DNA of 64,000 bases from Escherichia phage CMS-2020a: the sequence record CP054387.1, one strand, 5' to 3'. The position numbers were made by a program, and so were the translations under genes. Below, in pieces: positions 10,470 to 19,796 of this stretch; the stretch's first letter is position 1; each line of letters opens with the position of its first letter. Under the pieces are notes generated by a model, which worked only from the letters and a program-made list of their open reading frames with translations, had not been told where the DNA came from and did no database searches.

Positions 10470-10903
10470 TACTCACCGCCTTGTGCTTTCAGGATGCCGT
10501 CAATCATTTCGACAATTCCTTTCGCCTTAACACCAATCTTATTCCCAATTGAACGTAAACCGGCAATACCCTCACTATCAGCAATTGACTCCAGTTCTTC
10601 CCGTGTGAAAGTTTGAATTGGTTTAGCTGGTTCATCTGCCGTTCCGCGCTTCATTGGAACAATGTCAGGTGCTGATGGCTCAACAATCTGATCTACGTTC
10701 AGATCATTACGTTCGCCATATGCAGCAGATGGAGAAACGTTTTTACCCTCAACAGTTGATGCGCGCATTGATGCACAAATCCTCTGCTGGTCGATAAAAG
10801 GTAACTCGGAAACGGATACCCCATTCTCAAACTTAACTCCACACAACATTCCCGAATAATCAGAAAATTGCGGTTCCAATAAACGAATTTTTGCTGGTTT
10901 CAT
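10469..10903 (-). CDS. hypothetical head protein (possible decoration/adaptor)
   Basis: 144-aa ORF immediately downstream of the putative capsid gene. Confidence 0.35.
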   Translation of the reverse strand: MKPAKIRLLEPQFSDYSGMLCGVKFENGVSVSELPFIDQQRICASMRASTVEGKNVSPSAAYGERNDLNVDQIVEPSAPDIVPMKRGTADEPAKPIQTFTREELESIADSEGIAGLRSIGNKIGVKAKGIVEMIDGILKAQGGE

Positions 10904-10931
10904 TACGCTTTCTCGCTATACAGGCATATTT

Positions 10932-10968
10932 AAAACCTACAAAAAGGGTGGGCGTATAGCCCACCCTT
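10932..10968 (-). terminator. rho-independent terminator after the putative capsid gene
   Basis: Hairpin AAGGGTGGGC-TATA-CGCCCACCCTT followed by a T-rich run on the minus strand. Confidence 0.55.
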
Positions 10969-11000
10969 AAGCATAGGTAATTACATACCTATTGTTTTAG

Positions 11001-11921
11001 TTAAATTTTTACATTGTTCAGTGCAGCGATAGCCTTATCGTGCTTATTCGCCAGAGAGCAGTACCATTTCACACGAGTACGTACTGCATCTTTATTCTGT
11101 ACCGTGCCAATGTTCTCCACAACGATACCAGCATTGTCACCGCCATACAGACCGGTAAGACCATTTTCTTCTGACAAATGCAGACAATAAATGTTAGCAG
11201 TACCTTCCTGGCCTTCCGTTTTCTGCTCTGAACCTTCAGTAACTTTAACCCCATTTTTAGGAATGAAGTCGTTAACAATAAATGGAATACCATTATGGCA
11301 CAGCATAGGACGACCGAAGTTCTCCATCATGATTTCAGACGGGCCTACGTTTACTGTACGCAGCAGCGCACGGTAAGCACGCAGGTGCTCTGAACGCATC
11401 ATGATGCAGTCAGCGCCCAAATCTTTCACCGCATCGACCAGCTCGTCGAACATAGAGAAAGTCATAGATGCACCAGCAATGTCGATCTTCTGATCTTTGT
11501 GCATCAGACGCGGAATACCATCAAACGCTTTGGTATTAGTTTCAGAATTACCCAAGATCAGATTTCGACGGAATGCACGAGCCAGACCTTTCACTTTCTG
11601 GCGAACCTGAACAGCCAACTGATTGTTAGTATCGGACATAGTTGTTGCCAAGAATTTATCAACGTCAACGTCACCAGCCAGAATACGCAGTTTTGCAACA
11701 TGTTCGCTGAATGTTGCTGCGCCTTCCGCAATAGTATCGTTTACATCAATAAAGGTCGCTTCACTAAGCGTTGCTTCGCGATTATAAAGATATGCCTTCG
11801 AGTTAATCTTCATAAAAGGCAGAATCGCAAACAGGTCATCGCGATCGATGATAGTTTCGATCACACCCTGTTCAAGTTCATTATTGGATAGCTTTTCAGC
11901 TTCTTCACGCAGTAATGGCAT
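11001..11921 (-). CDS. putative major capsid protein
   Basis: 306 aa, directly follows the scaffold-like gene; a terminator hairpin follows its stop. Confidence 0.45.
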   Translation of the reverse strand: MPLLREEAEKLSNNELEQGVIETIIDRDDLFAILPFMKINSKAYLYNREATLSEATFIDVNDTIAEGAATFSEHVAKLRILAGDVDVDKFLATTMSDTNNQLAVQVRQKVKGLARAFRRNLILGNSETNTKAFDGIPRLMHKDQKIDIAGASMTFSMFDELVDAVKDLGADCIMMRSEHLRAYRALLRTVNVGPSEIMMENFGRPMLCHNGIPFIVNDFIPKNGVKVTEGSEQKTEGQEGTANIYCLHLSEENGLTGLYGGDNAGIVVENIGTVQNKDAVRTRVKWYCSLANKHDKAIAALNNVKI

Positions 11922-11946
11922 CTATCAATTCCCTTTGATTTAGATG

Positions 11947-12834
11947 TTACTTAAGTCCAATTTTCCCAAGACCAGAGGTCAACTTATCCATAGTCGACTT
12001 GTTCTTCGGTTGGGATATTGTGTAGGTCGATTTGGAATGTGAGCCTACACCCTGCTTGGCTTCGCTACGCATCAATGCGTCAGCTTCCGGATCTGCCCGC
12101 ACAATGCGTTCAATCGCGGATTCAAACGGCAACGGCTTACCTTCACCGTCAACCAGAACAGCTCGTTCTTTATGACCTGCCGGTTTGTCATAACCCACTA
12201 CGCTACCGTCTTCACCCACTTCAAAATGAGAACCGTAGATCACGCGGGCTTTTGCCGGGGTCATCAGAACTTTGTCACGTAGGAAGAGAGAGTTACTGAA
12301 GGAAGCGCCCACGGTCATCTCGACTAATTGAGATTTCAGTGATGCGTTTTCACTTTCCAGTGCTGTATAACGTTCGTCACGCTGTGCCAGCTCTGCCTGG
12401 TGTGCTTCGATCATCTGTTTTTTAACAGCATCGAACTCACCACGACGCTCCAGTTCAGCTTGCTCCGCCTCACGACGTGCATTTTCTGCGGCCTGTTCAG
12501 CTTCTAAAAGCTGGCGAGCACGCGCCGGGTCGATATCACCGTACTGAGCAAGCTGATCGGCCAATGTGCGCTCTTTCTCTTTGCGCTTCATGTTCTCCTT
12601 CAGCAGTTCAGCACCAGCTTTCTTGGTTTTACGAAGTTCGGCCAGTAACTCTTCCTGAGTCATGCCAGCGTATTCGTCATCGCCCTTCGGCTGCTCTTTT
12701 TGTTCACCCTGTTTGTCAGGATCTTGTGTGCTCTGCTCATTATCAGCAGCTACACCGCCAGCGCCTCCACGCTCATGCGCTTCAGCGACATCCATCAGAC
12801 CACGACGGGCCAAAAGCATTTGCCACAGATTCAT
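11947..12834 (-). CDS. scaffolding protein (putative)
   Basis: 295 aa, highly charged Glu/Ala/Lys/Arg helical region, between portal and capsid genes; RBS AAAGGAA. Confidence 0.5.
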   Translation of the reverse strand: MNLWQMLLARRGLMDVAEAHERGGAGGVAADNEQSTQDPDKQGEQKEQPKGDDEYAGMTQEELLAELRKTKKAGAELLKENMKRKEKERTLADQLAQYGDIDPARARQLLEAEQAAENARREAEQAELERRGEFDAVKKQMIEAHQAELAQRDERYTALESENASLKSQLVEMTVGASFSNSLFLRDKVLMTPAKARVIYGSHFEVGEDGSVVGYDKPAGHKERAVLVDGEGKPLPFESAIERIVRADPEADALMRSEAKQGVGSHSKSTYTISQPKNKSTMDKLTSGLGKIGLK

Positions 12835-12855
12835 AAAAATTCCTTTTGTTACTTA

Positions 12856-14430
12856 TCACTCGTTCTCTTGAGTAGATGAGTCCCCATTCCCTCGGGGTTG
12901 ATCTTGCCCGCTTTCTTGGGCTGCACCACGATCATAAGTAAGTACTGACTTATTTTCAAGGGTATTTAGATCATTTTTTGGAGGAAAATTCAAGAGATCT
13001 TTATCAAATTCCTTTTTCATCGCCTCAGTAATGTTCGGGAAAATCTTCTCAATAAGCATTTCCATCTGGTGACGACGTACAGAGTCCGGTGCCTGAAGTA
13101 ATGACAGTTTCTCGGCAACAGAAAATTCATCAGTAAGGCCACGAATATCGAAACTTTCTGGATACGCAATTAAAGAGTGGTCTTCGTCCAGATCTACCCC
13201 CATCCATTTCGCAACCAGTAGCATGATTTGGCGTTCAGCCCTTTCCAGACGCTCTGCTTTTGTGACAAGCAAGCTATTTACACGCTGGAAGTCATACATT
13301 TTTGCGGCACCAGATGAATTATCGATTCCCTGTGCGTTGTCCTGCTTCGTTCGCTCACCAGCTACACCAACTGAATGGTAGATTTCGTTAATCACCGTCT
13401 TAATCGTAGTGATGATCATCTGAGCTTGTTTCGGGTCTGGTGACAGATAAAACGGCTGGTTTCCACCTTCAGAATCGTAGGTGAAGACTCGCTTTGTGCC
13501 CATTTCAAGCACTTTAGTGTGGTTTTCATCACCAGGTAAAAGCGACTGTACCGGTATAGCCAACTGGCTAAATGTCTGATCCTGAATAATGGCATCAAGG
13601 TTTGACAGATAGTTTGCAACCGCACGATCAAGATAAGCGATATCATCGATCAACGATGGGCTGAAATACGGTGATTCACTTTCTCCAATACAATCAACAG
13701 GAAACACAGGAACTACGCCGAGATTATGCTCACCGCTATCCTCTAAAATAACTTTTGCCTGACGGCGACCTGCTCCACCAGCGCCCTTCTTCACTTCCTC
13801 ACGGAACAGATACCACTCGTTTTGTGTCCACAGACGATAACGTTGGTATTCCTGACCTGTAGAAGTAAAAGGATCTGCGTCATCACGAGCGACTTCCACA
13901 ATTAACGCCCACAACATATTCCCGTCGTCGTCCCATGCCACATCCAGCATTTGCTGAGGTGAAATCCAGTAGGCGTAGGCGCGAGCATCTTTCTTTTTCT
14001 CGTCAGCTACTGACTCAACATCACCACTCATCGTGCTATCGACAACAACCCATATGCGACCGTAAATAGACGACTGCAAATCAATGGCGGCCATAAATGA
14101 GTCAATAGAGGCATTCTGGCGAGTCGCACGTTTCCAGAAATTGCGGATCTGCTCTGGTGCCTCTTCGATATTTCTATGAATGTCTTCTTTAAAGAGATAT
14201 TTGTTGATGAGGTTTACCACCTCACGAGTGTGGTTGAAGCGATAGGCACGCTCAACACGCTCCTTAAACTCCTGATCTCCCTCTTTAAAGTAACGAAAGA
14301 TATTGTCTGTAAACCAACCACGCCCGCCAGCGTAAGTGCTGGCGAGGAAGTCCCAATGTTCTTTTTTCTTTTCGTATTCCGGGTGGCGTCGCGCCACCAG
14401 ATCCTTAATTTGTTTGTCGTTCAAATCCAT
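12856..14430 (-). CDS. portal protein (putative)
   Basis: 524 aa, directly downstream of the large terminase gene. Confidence 0.55.
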   Translation of the reverse strand: MDLNDKQIKDLVARRHPEYEKKKEHWDFLASTYAGGRGWFTDNIFRYFKEGDQEFKERVERAYRFNHTREVVNLINKYLFKEDIHRNIEEAPEQIRNFWKRATRQNASIDSFMAAIDLQSSIYGRIWVVVDSTMSGDVESVADEKKKDARAYAYWISPQQMLDVAWDDDGNMLWALIVEVARDDADPFTSTGQEYQRYRLWTQNEWYLFREEVKKGAGGAGRRQAKVILEDSGEHNLGVVPVFPVDCIGESESPYFSPSLIDDIAYLDRAVANYLSNLDAIIQDQTFSQLAIPVQSLLPGDENHTKVLEMGTKRVFTYDSEGGNQPFYLSPDPKQAQMIITTIKTVINEIYHSVGVAGERTKQDNAQGIDNSSGAAKMYDFQRVNSLLVTKAERLERAERQIMLLVAKWMGVDLDEDHSLIAYPESFDIRGLTDEFSVAEKLSLLQAPDSVRRHQMEMLIEKIFPNITEAMKKEFDKDLLNFPPKNDLNTLENKSVLTYDRGAAQESGQDQPRGNGDSSTQENE

Positions 14431-14456
14431 TTGAATAACCTTAGATAATTACTTAC

Positions 14457-15713
14457 CTATCGAGAACCACCAAGAATAACACGGTTTTTGACTGGATACC
14501 TACGATGTACTGGATAGCCCAATGCGTCTGCACTATGCTCAATGCCACCTGTCTTATCCATATCTCGTGTTCCAGGCTTGTAGATGACTTTTTCCAGTGA
14601 ATCAATCAAATGCTTGCACTTCGGATCGATATACAGCCGGATATCTCCAGATGCGGACATCAGCATTCGGTTAACAGCATTAACACGATCCGCAATTGGC
14701 GGGTGCTTTTTCGAATAATCGACACGTAAGAATCCCTTCTCTTTGAATATGTCTACGTCAGACTCCCCACGAGCATGTTGGCGATAAGCACCTGCCGGAT
14801 CTGGAAATACCGTTACCTGTGATTTCCAGCGCCAGAAGCGTCTCTCAAGCTCATCACAAACTTCTGCCGTGTTAGAGGAAAAGAGCACCAATTCATCAAT
14901 TGCCCATAGCTCACCATTTGGCTGAGGTTGCAAAATTACTGAAGACATCGGGTCAATGTTGAAGTCCTGCCCTACCCATATAGGCAACCGAGGGTTGAAC
15001 TGAAGCGGTTTTACATGCACGTTACGATCGAACGGGTAGTAAACGCGCCCGGACATGTTCTCAAAGCTGGCCAGGTACTCCTGAGCGAACGATTTGGGGT
15101 CCATATCGTTCTTAGCAGCTTCAATTTCCGCCGTAGGTACAAACGGAGAATCGGCAGTTACAAACTGCCAGCTCTTCCACTGTCCCTTTCTTTGCAGCTC
15201 TACGTTCTGGCCTATAGTCCACAGTTTGTGAAATTCCGAGAAGCCTTTTGGCGTACCAATGATCAGTGCACCGCCGCGTGTCGATGAAAGAGTAGGTCGT
15301 AACACCTTGTACCAGGTGTCAGCCTTCATATCCTGAAATTCATCAAGCACTACAAAATGCAACGCTACGCCGCGCAGAGTGTCAGGCTTATCAGCACCTT
15401 TGAGGGCGATCTCCGAACCGTTCTTCAACACGATTGTCATCGTGGTGTCGTTCTTTTTCCTAACCCACTTACGAGGCAGAACTTCCTGTAGATCGTCCCA
15501 CAAAATCTGGCGAGCCATCTGGTAAGTAGGAGCGACATACCAGACCCTTTGCTTTTTTTCCTTTGCCGCCGCACGAATAATAGTGGAGATCGACAACCGG
15601 GATTTTCCCCAGCGTCGACCAGCACAAACAACTTTAAATCGATGCGGAGACTGGAAGACTTTCATCTGTCCAGAATGCAGTTGCACAAGACTGAGCGAGG
15701 ACGGGATTGCCAT
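14457..15713 (-). CDS. terminase large subunit
   Basis: Walker A VVCAGRRWGKS, Walker B HFVVLDEFQD, C-terminal nuclease-like acidic motifs. Confidence 0.75.
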   Translation of the reverse strand: MAIPSSLSLVQLHSGQMKVFQSPHRFKVVCAGRRWGKSRLSISTIIRAAAKEKKQRVWYVAPTYQMARQILWDDLQEVLPRKWVRKKNDTTMTIVLKNGSEIALKGADKPDTLRGVALHFVVLDEFQDMKADTWYKVLRPTLSSTRGGALIIGTPKGFSEFHKLWTIGQNVELQRKGQWKSWQFVTADSPFVPTAEIEAAKNDMDPKSFAQEYLASFENMSGRVYYPFDRNVHVKPLQFNPRLPIWVGQDFNIDPMSSVILQPQPNGELWAIDELVLFSSNTAEVCDELERRFWRWKSQVTVFPDPAGAYRQHARGESDVDIFKEKGFLRVDYSKKHPPIADRVNAVNRMLMSASGDIRLYIDPKCKHLIDSLEKVIYKPGTRDMDKTGGIEHSADALGYPVHRRYPVKNRVILGGSR

Positions 15714-16345
15714 TATTTGTCCTCCCCTTCACTTCCATCATCTGTCGCATCAAATTCGCTTAGAGCTTCTTCTTCCAACGTCTCAAGCAATTCGTCATCG
15801 ATGATTTCAGGCTCGTCGTCTTCCTGACGTAATTTCGCCACCTGGGAAGGCGTAAGCTCACCAAATACCAGGTTCGGAATTTCTTCCTCGTCATTTTCCG
15901 CATGATCCATGCCCAATGCTTTGGACGAAACTTCAAAGCATTTTGCAAGGGTATTACTGGCTCTCTGTAAGCTCTTGAGAGAATCCTCAATCGCCCCTAA
16001 AGGCTTACCCTCACGTTTGGCCGTAGTGACTTCGACCATCACCATCTGCCCCAACGCATACGCCCAGCCGTCATAACGTGTACGACGTTCTTCTATCTTT
16101 TCCGCACGGGCTTTAGCGCGAAGCTCTGCGTCAGATTTAAGAGACTCACGAACCATCTTCCCAACAGAGTCCGCGCCTTTCTCTAATCCTCGCTTTTTGA
16201 AATGTCTGGAGAGTGTTTCACGACGAATGCCGTACTCTTCCTCCAGCTTTGAGAGTGTATATTCGCCTGACGTCCATTTGGCTTCAGCTTCGGCCCACTC
16301 CGCTGGTGTCAGGCGAGTTTTTACCTCGTCTTTTTCGACCGTCAT
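15713..16345 (-). CDS. terminase small subunit (putative)
   Basis: 210 aa, N-terminal HTH-like region, very acidic C-terminus, stop overlaps large terminase start. Confidence 0.5.
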   Translation of the reverse strand: MTVEKDEVKTRLTPAEWAEAEAKWTSGEYTLSKLEEEYGIRRETLSRHFKKRGLEKGADSVGKMVRESLKSDAELRAKARAEKIEERRTRYDGWAYALGQMVMVEVTTAKREGKPLGAIEDSLKSLQRASNTLAKCFEVSSKALGMDHAENDEEEIPNLVFGELTPSQVAKLRQEDDEPEIIDDELLETLEEEALSEFDATDDGSEGEDK

Positions 16346-16440
16346 AGATCCCTCTAAAACACACAGAGCGCGTCCATGCGCTCTAAAACAACTTGTTTAC
16401 TGCATCTGCTAACCAACTTGTTTTCTGGGGTGTTTAATTA

Positions 16441-16532
16441 GGTCTGGCATGTCTTACGAAGCCTGCTTCCGTATATATTTAATAAGTTACTTATTATTTA
16501 TATATACAGATGCAGGTCTTTAAATAAGCTCC
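16441..16532. repeat. large imperfect palindrome (GCCTGCTTCCGTATAT, AT-rich core, ATATACAGATGCAGG)
   Basis: Inverted arms at 16461-16477 and 16501-16518 with outer GGTCTGG/CCAGACC; second copy at 47951-48040. Confidence 0.5.
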
Positions 16533-16540
16533 CAGACCGA

Positions 16541-16807
16541 TTACATCACCAGTAACTTCGCTTTGGCTCGACCTAAAGTGGTTAACCCAAGAGTTCGGCG
16601 GTGATAGCGATTGTCACTGCGTTGGCGCGTATGCCCTTTCTCCACCAGCCCCTTTTTTATCAGAGCGCGAATTGAGAACTGGATACTTTGCTTGGTTGTC
16701 TTGTACGGCAAAACTTCAAGCAATTCGTCCAGGTCAAGTAGATGACCTCGCTCATAACCGAGATTGAGCGTTTTGATGATGTCCTTTTGTTTATCGGTTA
16801 ACGTCAT
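16541..16807 (-). CDS. small DNA-binding protein (winged-helix-like, putative)
   Basis: 88-aa basic ORF. Confidence 0.35.
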   Translation of the reverse strand: MTLTDKQKDIIKTLNLGYERGHLLDLDELLEVLPYKTTKQSIQFSIRALIKKGLVEKGHTRQRSDNRYHRRTLGLTTLGRAKAKLLVM

Positions 16808-16816
16808 GGCAAATCC

Positions 16817-17707
16817 TTATGCCGGTAAAGCAATTTCTAACGGTTTATCCAAAGGTTGTTTGTCGAATGCCAGCAATGGCAGCGTGTCAGGCAGTCGACG
16901 ACCAAAGTCAGGGTTTCGATACACACCATACAACGGAGACGTAAAGCTCAGGTTGTGAATGTCCTTGAGCAGCTTCACAATGCTGGCCTCGTCCACCAGA
17001 CTGTCGGCAATGTCCTGAATCGTCGTGCCACGATTCCGCCCAGCTTTTGCCAGGGAACTGTTCTTGTGGTAGTCCGCCACCAGATCACGCAGTGCACGGC
17101 GACGACGAGACTCGCTCATTGCGAACAACTCTTTGACGATCGCCTCGTTATCACCCGTGTCGGAACGGAAATGGCGCTGGAATACACGCAGTGCACTTTC
17201 ATAGCTCTTCGGTCGCTCAGGGCGGATGAACTTAAACCCTGCTTTCATGGCGAAGGGATTGTATTTGCTCATCGAGGACTGGATCTCAATGATTGGCCGG
17301 TCATGCATCCTGCTAACCAGGTTAATCATTCGATAAGAGACGCCTACGCCACGATACTGAGTATCCACAACTGAGCGACTGATCACCGCAAAGTTGTTAT
17401 TCACGTACCGACCCCAGTACTGGTTAGCCACGGTGGTATTAGTGGTTGGTTTCAACTTAGGAAACATGCGGTGGCGAGGTGCCAACAGTAGTTTCGGGTA
17501 AGCCATAACCACGACGCCCACCAGACGATCATCAAGTTCGCAGCGATAGTAAGTTGGCGCGAAAGGTTTGCCGTCTGTTTTGTAGTGAAGCGACTTAAGA
17601 GCGTGCCAGTCCTCTACAGTTCCCTTTGTAACAGTCATTCGCTCCAGAAAGTCCAGATGACGCGGAAACTCTTCAGGGCGGTAGCGTTTAATGATGATGT
17701 CCGTCAT
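16817..17707 (-). CDS. hypothetical protein (296 aa), fourth gene of the ParB/ABC operon
   Basis: Translationally coupled to the ABC ATPase gene (ATGA overlap at 17704-17707); weak GNAT-like YRGVGVS motif only. Confidence 0.5.
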   Translation of the reverse strand: MTDIIIKRYRPEEFPRHLDFLERMTVTKGTVEDWHALKSLHYKTDGKPFAPTYYRCELDDRLVGVVVMAYPKLLLAPRHRMFPKLKPTTNTTVANQYWGRYVNNNFAVISRSVVDTQYRGVGVSYRMINLVSRMHDRPIIEIQSSMSKYNPFAMKAGFKFIRPERPKSYESALRVFQRHFRSDTGDNEAIVKELFAMSESRRRRALRDLVADYHKNSSLAKAGRNRGTTIQDIADSLVDEASIVKLLKDIHNLSFTSPLYGVYRNPDFGRRLPDTLPLLAFDKQPLDKPLEIALPA

Positions 17708-18369
17708 AAATGGACCTCATCATGACTACCATTGTGATATTCCACCTTCACGCGTTCTTTGTAGTGCTTGGTGATCTGCATATCCGGGCGCAGCGCGTTC
17801 TTCAGGTCTTCGTGAGTCGTCGCCACCATTACCGTCGCACCAACCTTTCGAGCGGCACGCTGGAGGTTAGATGCCACAACCTGAGCGGTTACACGGTCTA
17901 GAACAGCACCGAACTCGTCAGCAGCCCACACTTTAGCGCCTGACTCAATCAGTTTGGCAATCTTGAGACGATATTTCTGGCCGTCTGACATTTCAGAAGG
18001 CTTGCGAACAAACAGATATGCATCGTTCAGACCAGCCATAGATAACAACCCAAGCGCATCGCTGGTCGTTTTGCCCAACTGATCGATGACGTTAACCTCA
18101 TTATCGAAGGTAAAATCATCGATGGAGGCTACAGACAGCCCTTCATCCTTCATCTGTCGTTGCAACTCGCGCAGCACAACGGATTTGCCGGAACCGGATT
18201 GGCCGGTGATGTACACCACATCGCCCTGCTTCACTTCCAGCTCCAGATTGTCGTAAAGCGTCCACTCTTTTTCGTCCAGGCCAAGCCCGAACGACTCAGC
18301 GATTTCCAACGTGCGCGTGGTTTTATTTACGCGTGTCTGAAACGATACGTTGATGTTGTATTTGCTCAT
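17704..18369 (-). CDS. stand-alone ABC-type ATPase
   Basis: Walker A GQSGSGKS, ABC signature MSDGQKYRL, Walker B VWAADEFG, H-loop ATTHE. Confidence 0.7.
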   Translation of the reverse strand: MSKYNINVSFQTRVNKTTRTLEIAESFGLGLDEKEWTLYDNLELEVKQGDVVYITGQSGSGKSVVLRELQRQMKDEGLSVASIDDFTFDNEVNVIDQLGKTTSDALGLLSMAGLNDAYLFVRKPSEMSDGQKYRLKIAKLIESGAKVWAADEFGAVLDRVTAQVVASNLQRAARKVGATVMVATTHEDLKNALRPDMQITKHYKERVKVEYHNGSHDEVHL

Positions 18370-19034
18370 GCAGCCATCTCCCCGGAAGAGATCTTCTCCG
18401 CATATGCCACAAATGCGTCTACCCCGCTTTCTCCCGTCATTTCTTCCATATGGGCAAGCAAATCACCAACAACAATGGCAGAGCCAGCAGGGAGAGTTTT
18501 AAAGCCCAATACGTCGACAACACGTACTTCTTCCGCTGCAACTTCACGACTGATCTCGGTGTGTTCATCCTTCTGTCGTTTAGTTTCTTCGCTAAGATCG
18601 ATAACTAGCGAGTCGGTGTCCATTTCTTCTGTCATACTGCCAACGAGAACATTCAACTCACGCTCTTCAAAGCCGAAAACCTCGATATCGTCCAGAACAA
18701 GCGACTCAAGCTCTTTCTGTAGCTTAATTGCATCGTAATCAATGCTGGCAAGTCGGTTATCTTCAAGGCGCTTCGCACGAACCTCGTCATCACTGAGATC
18801 ATCGCGAACAATAACCGGTACACGCTCAAGTCCAGCAAAAATTGCAGCCTCACGGCGGCCGTGGCCAGTAATAATTACGTCGTTCTTATCGACCGTAATT
18901 GGCTGGTCAAATCCGCGCTTTTTAATGGCTGCGGCCAGATCTCTGATCTGCTGTTCATCATGCTTTTTGGCATTCATCTCATAGGGAATAAGATCTGCCG
19001 GGTCGCGATATACGATTTCAAACTTTTTGGTCAT
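18366..19034 (-). CDS. ParB-like nuclease domain protein
   Basis: ParB N-terminal domain pattern (ITGHGRREAAIFAGLERVPVIV); start at ATG 19034 with AAGGAG RBS. Confidence 0.6.
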   Translation of the reverse strand: MTKKFEIVYRDPADLIPYEMNAKKHDEQQIRDLAAAIKKRGFDQPITVDKNDVIITGHGRREAAIFAGLERVPVIVRDDLSDDEVRAKRLEDNRLASIDYDAIKLQKELESLVLDDIEVFGFEERELNVLVGSMTEEMDTDSLVIDLSEETKRQKDEHTEISREVAAEEVRVVDVLGFKTLPAGSAIVVGDLLAHMEEMTGESGVDAFVAYAEKISSGEMAA

Positions 19035-19732
19035 TACATACGCTCCTTGTAGTAGTCGACCAGCCACACTAGAGCCTCACCAGCGTTTTCCATTTCATTG
19101 CCAGTATTAATTGCCTGGTCTTTGATGATGTTTTTTATGGTTTCTGCAACGCGATCTGACGCATCGAAGGTTACTTTGAAGCGCATGGTCTGATGTTCCG
19201 CACCGACACGTTCGGTTTTCTCTCGTTTGTCGGTATCGACAGGCTCATCACTACCACGAGACAACGCCTCCAGTGCTTCAAGGTCGATTGCCGCCTCTTT
19301 TGCTAAAACCATCGAGATTTCGTCGTCATACGGGGCGATTTCAGACAGTTGATAGTCAAGTTCTGACTGAATTTCTTCAATGAAGCGTTGCAATGCGATT
19401 TGGTCGTCTTCACCGTATCGCTCGTTGTCCACCAGTGACATCTGTTTTGCCACGACATCGCTAATTTTGCCCACAGAAAGCACAGGAACCGTTGAAATTC
19501 CTTGCTCAATAGCAGCACGCCAGCGATGTTCGCCGCCGAGGATTTCAAAAAATCCATCTTCAAGCTCACGAGCCAAAATTGGCTTAAAAAAGCCCAATTT
19601 TTCGATAGAACCTTTCAGTTTTTCGAAATTCTGCGCACCAACCGAATTGGTGTTCCAGGTATTCGGGCGAAGGTTGGCAACATCAACCTGCAAAATCGTG
19701 ATTTTTACGTCCATTTTATTGCTACAATCCAC
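19034..19732 (-). CDS. ParB-like nuclease domain protein
   Basis: ParB motif GGEHRWRAA; first gene of the four-gene operon; start uncertain (19732 or 19714). Confidence 0.6.
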   Translation of the reverse strand: MDCSNKMDVKITILQVDVANLRPNTWNTNSVGAQNFEKLKGSIEKLGFFKPILARELEDGFFEILGGEHRWRAAIEQGISTVPVLSVGKISDVVAKQMSLVDNERYGEDDQIALQRFIEEIQSELDYQLSEIAPYDDEISMVLAKEAAIDLEALEALSRGSDEPVDTDKREKTERVGAEHQTMRFKVTFDASDRVAETIKNIIKDQAINTGNEMENAGEALVWLVDYYKERM

Positions 19733-19796
19733 TAAGTAATCACTTACTTATTATAATAGCCAAATAACATACAAAAGGCACTAAGGAAAGAGGTTT

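Noticed and set aside
16856-17374. 172-aa plus-strand ORF
   Set aside because: Antisense to the 296-aa gene of the tightly coupled ParB/ABC operon.
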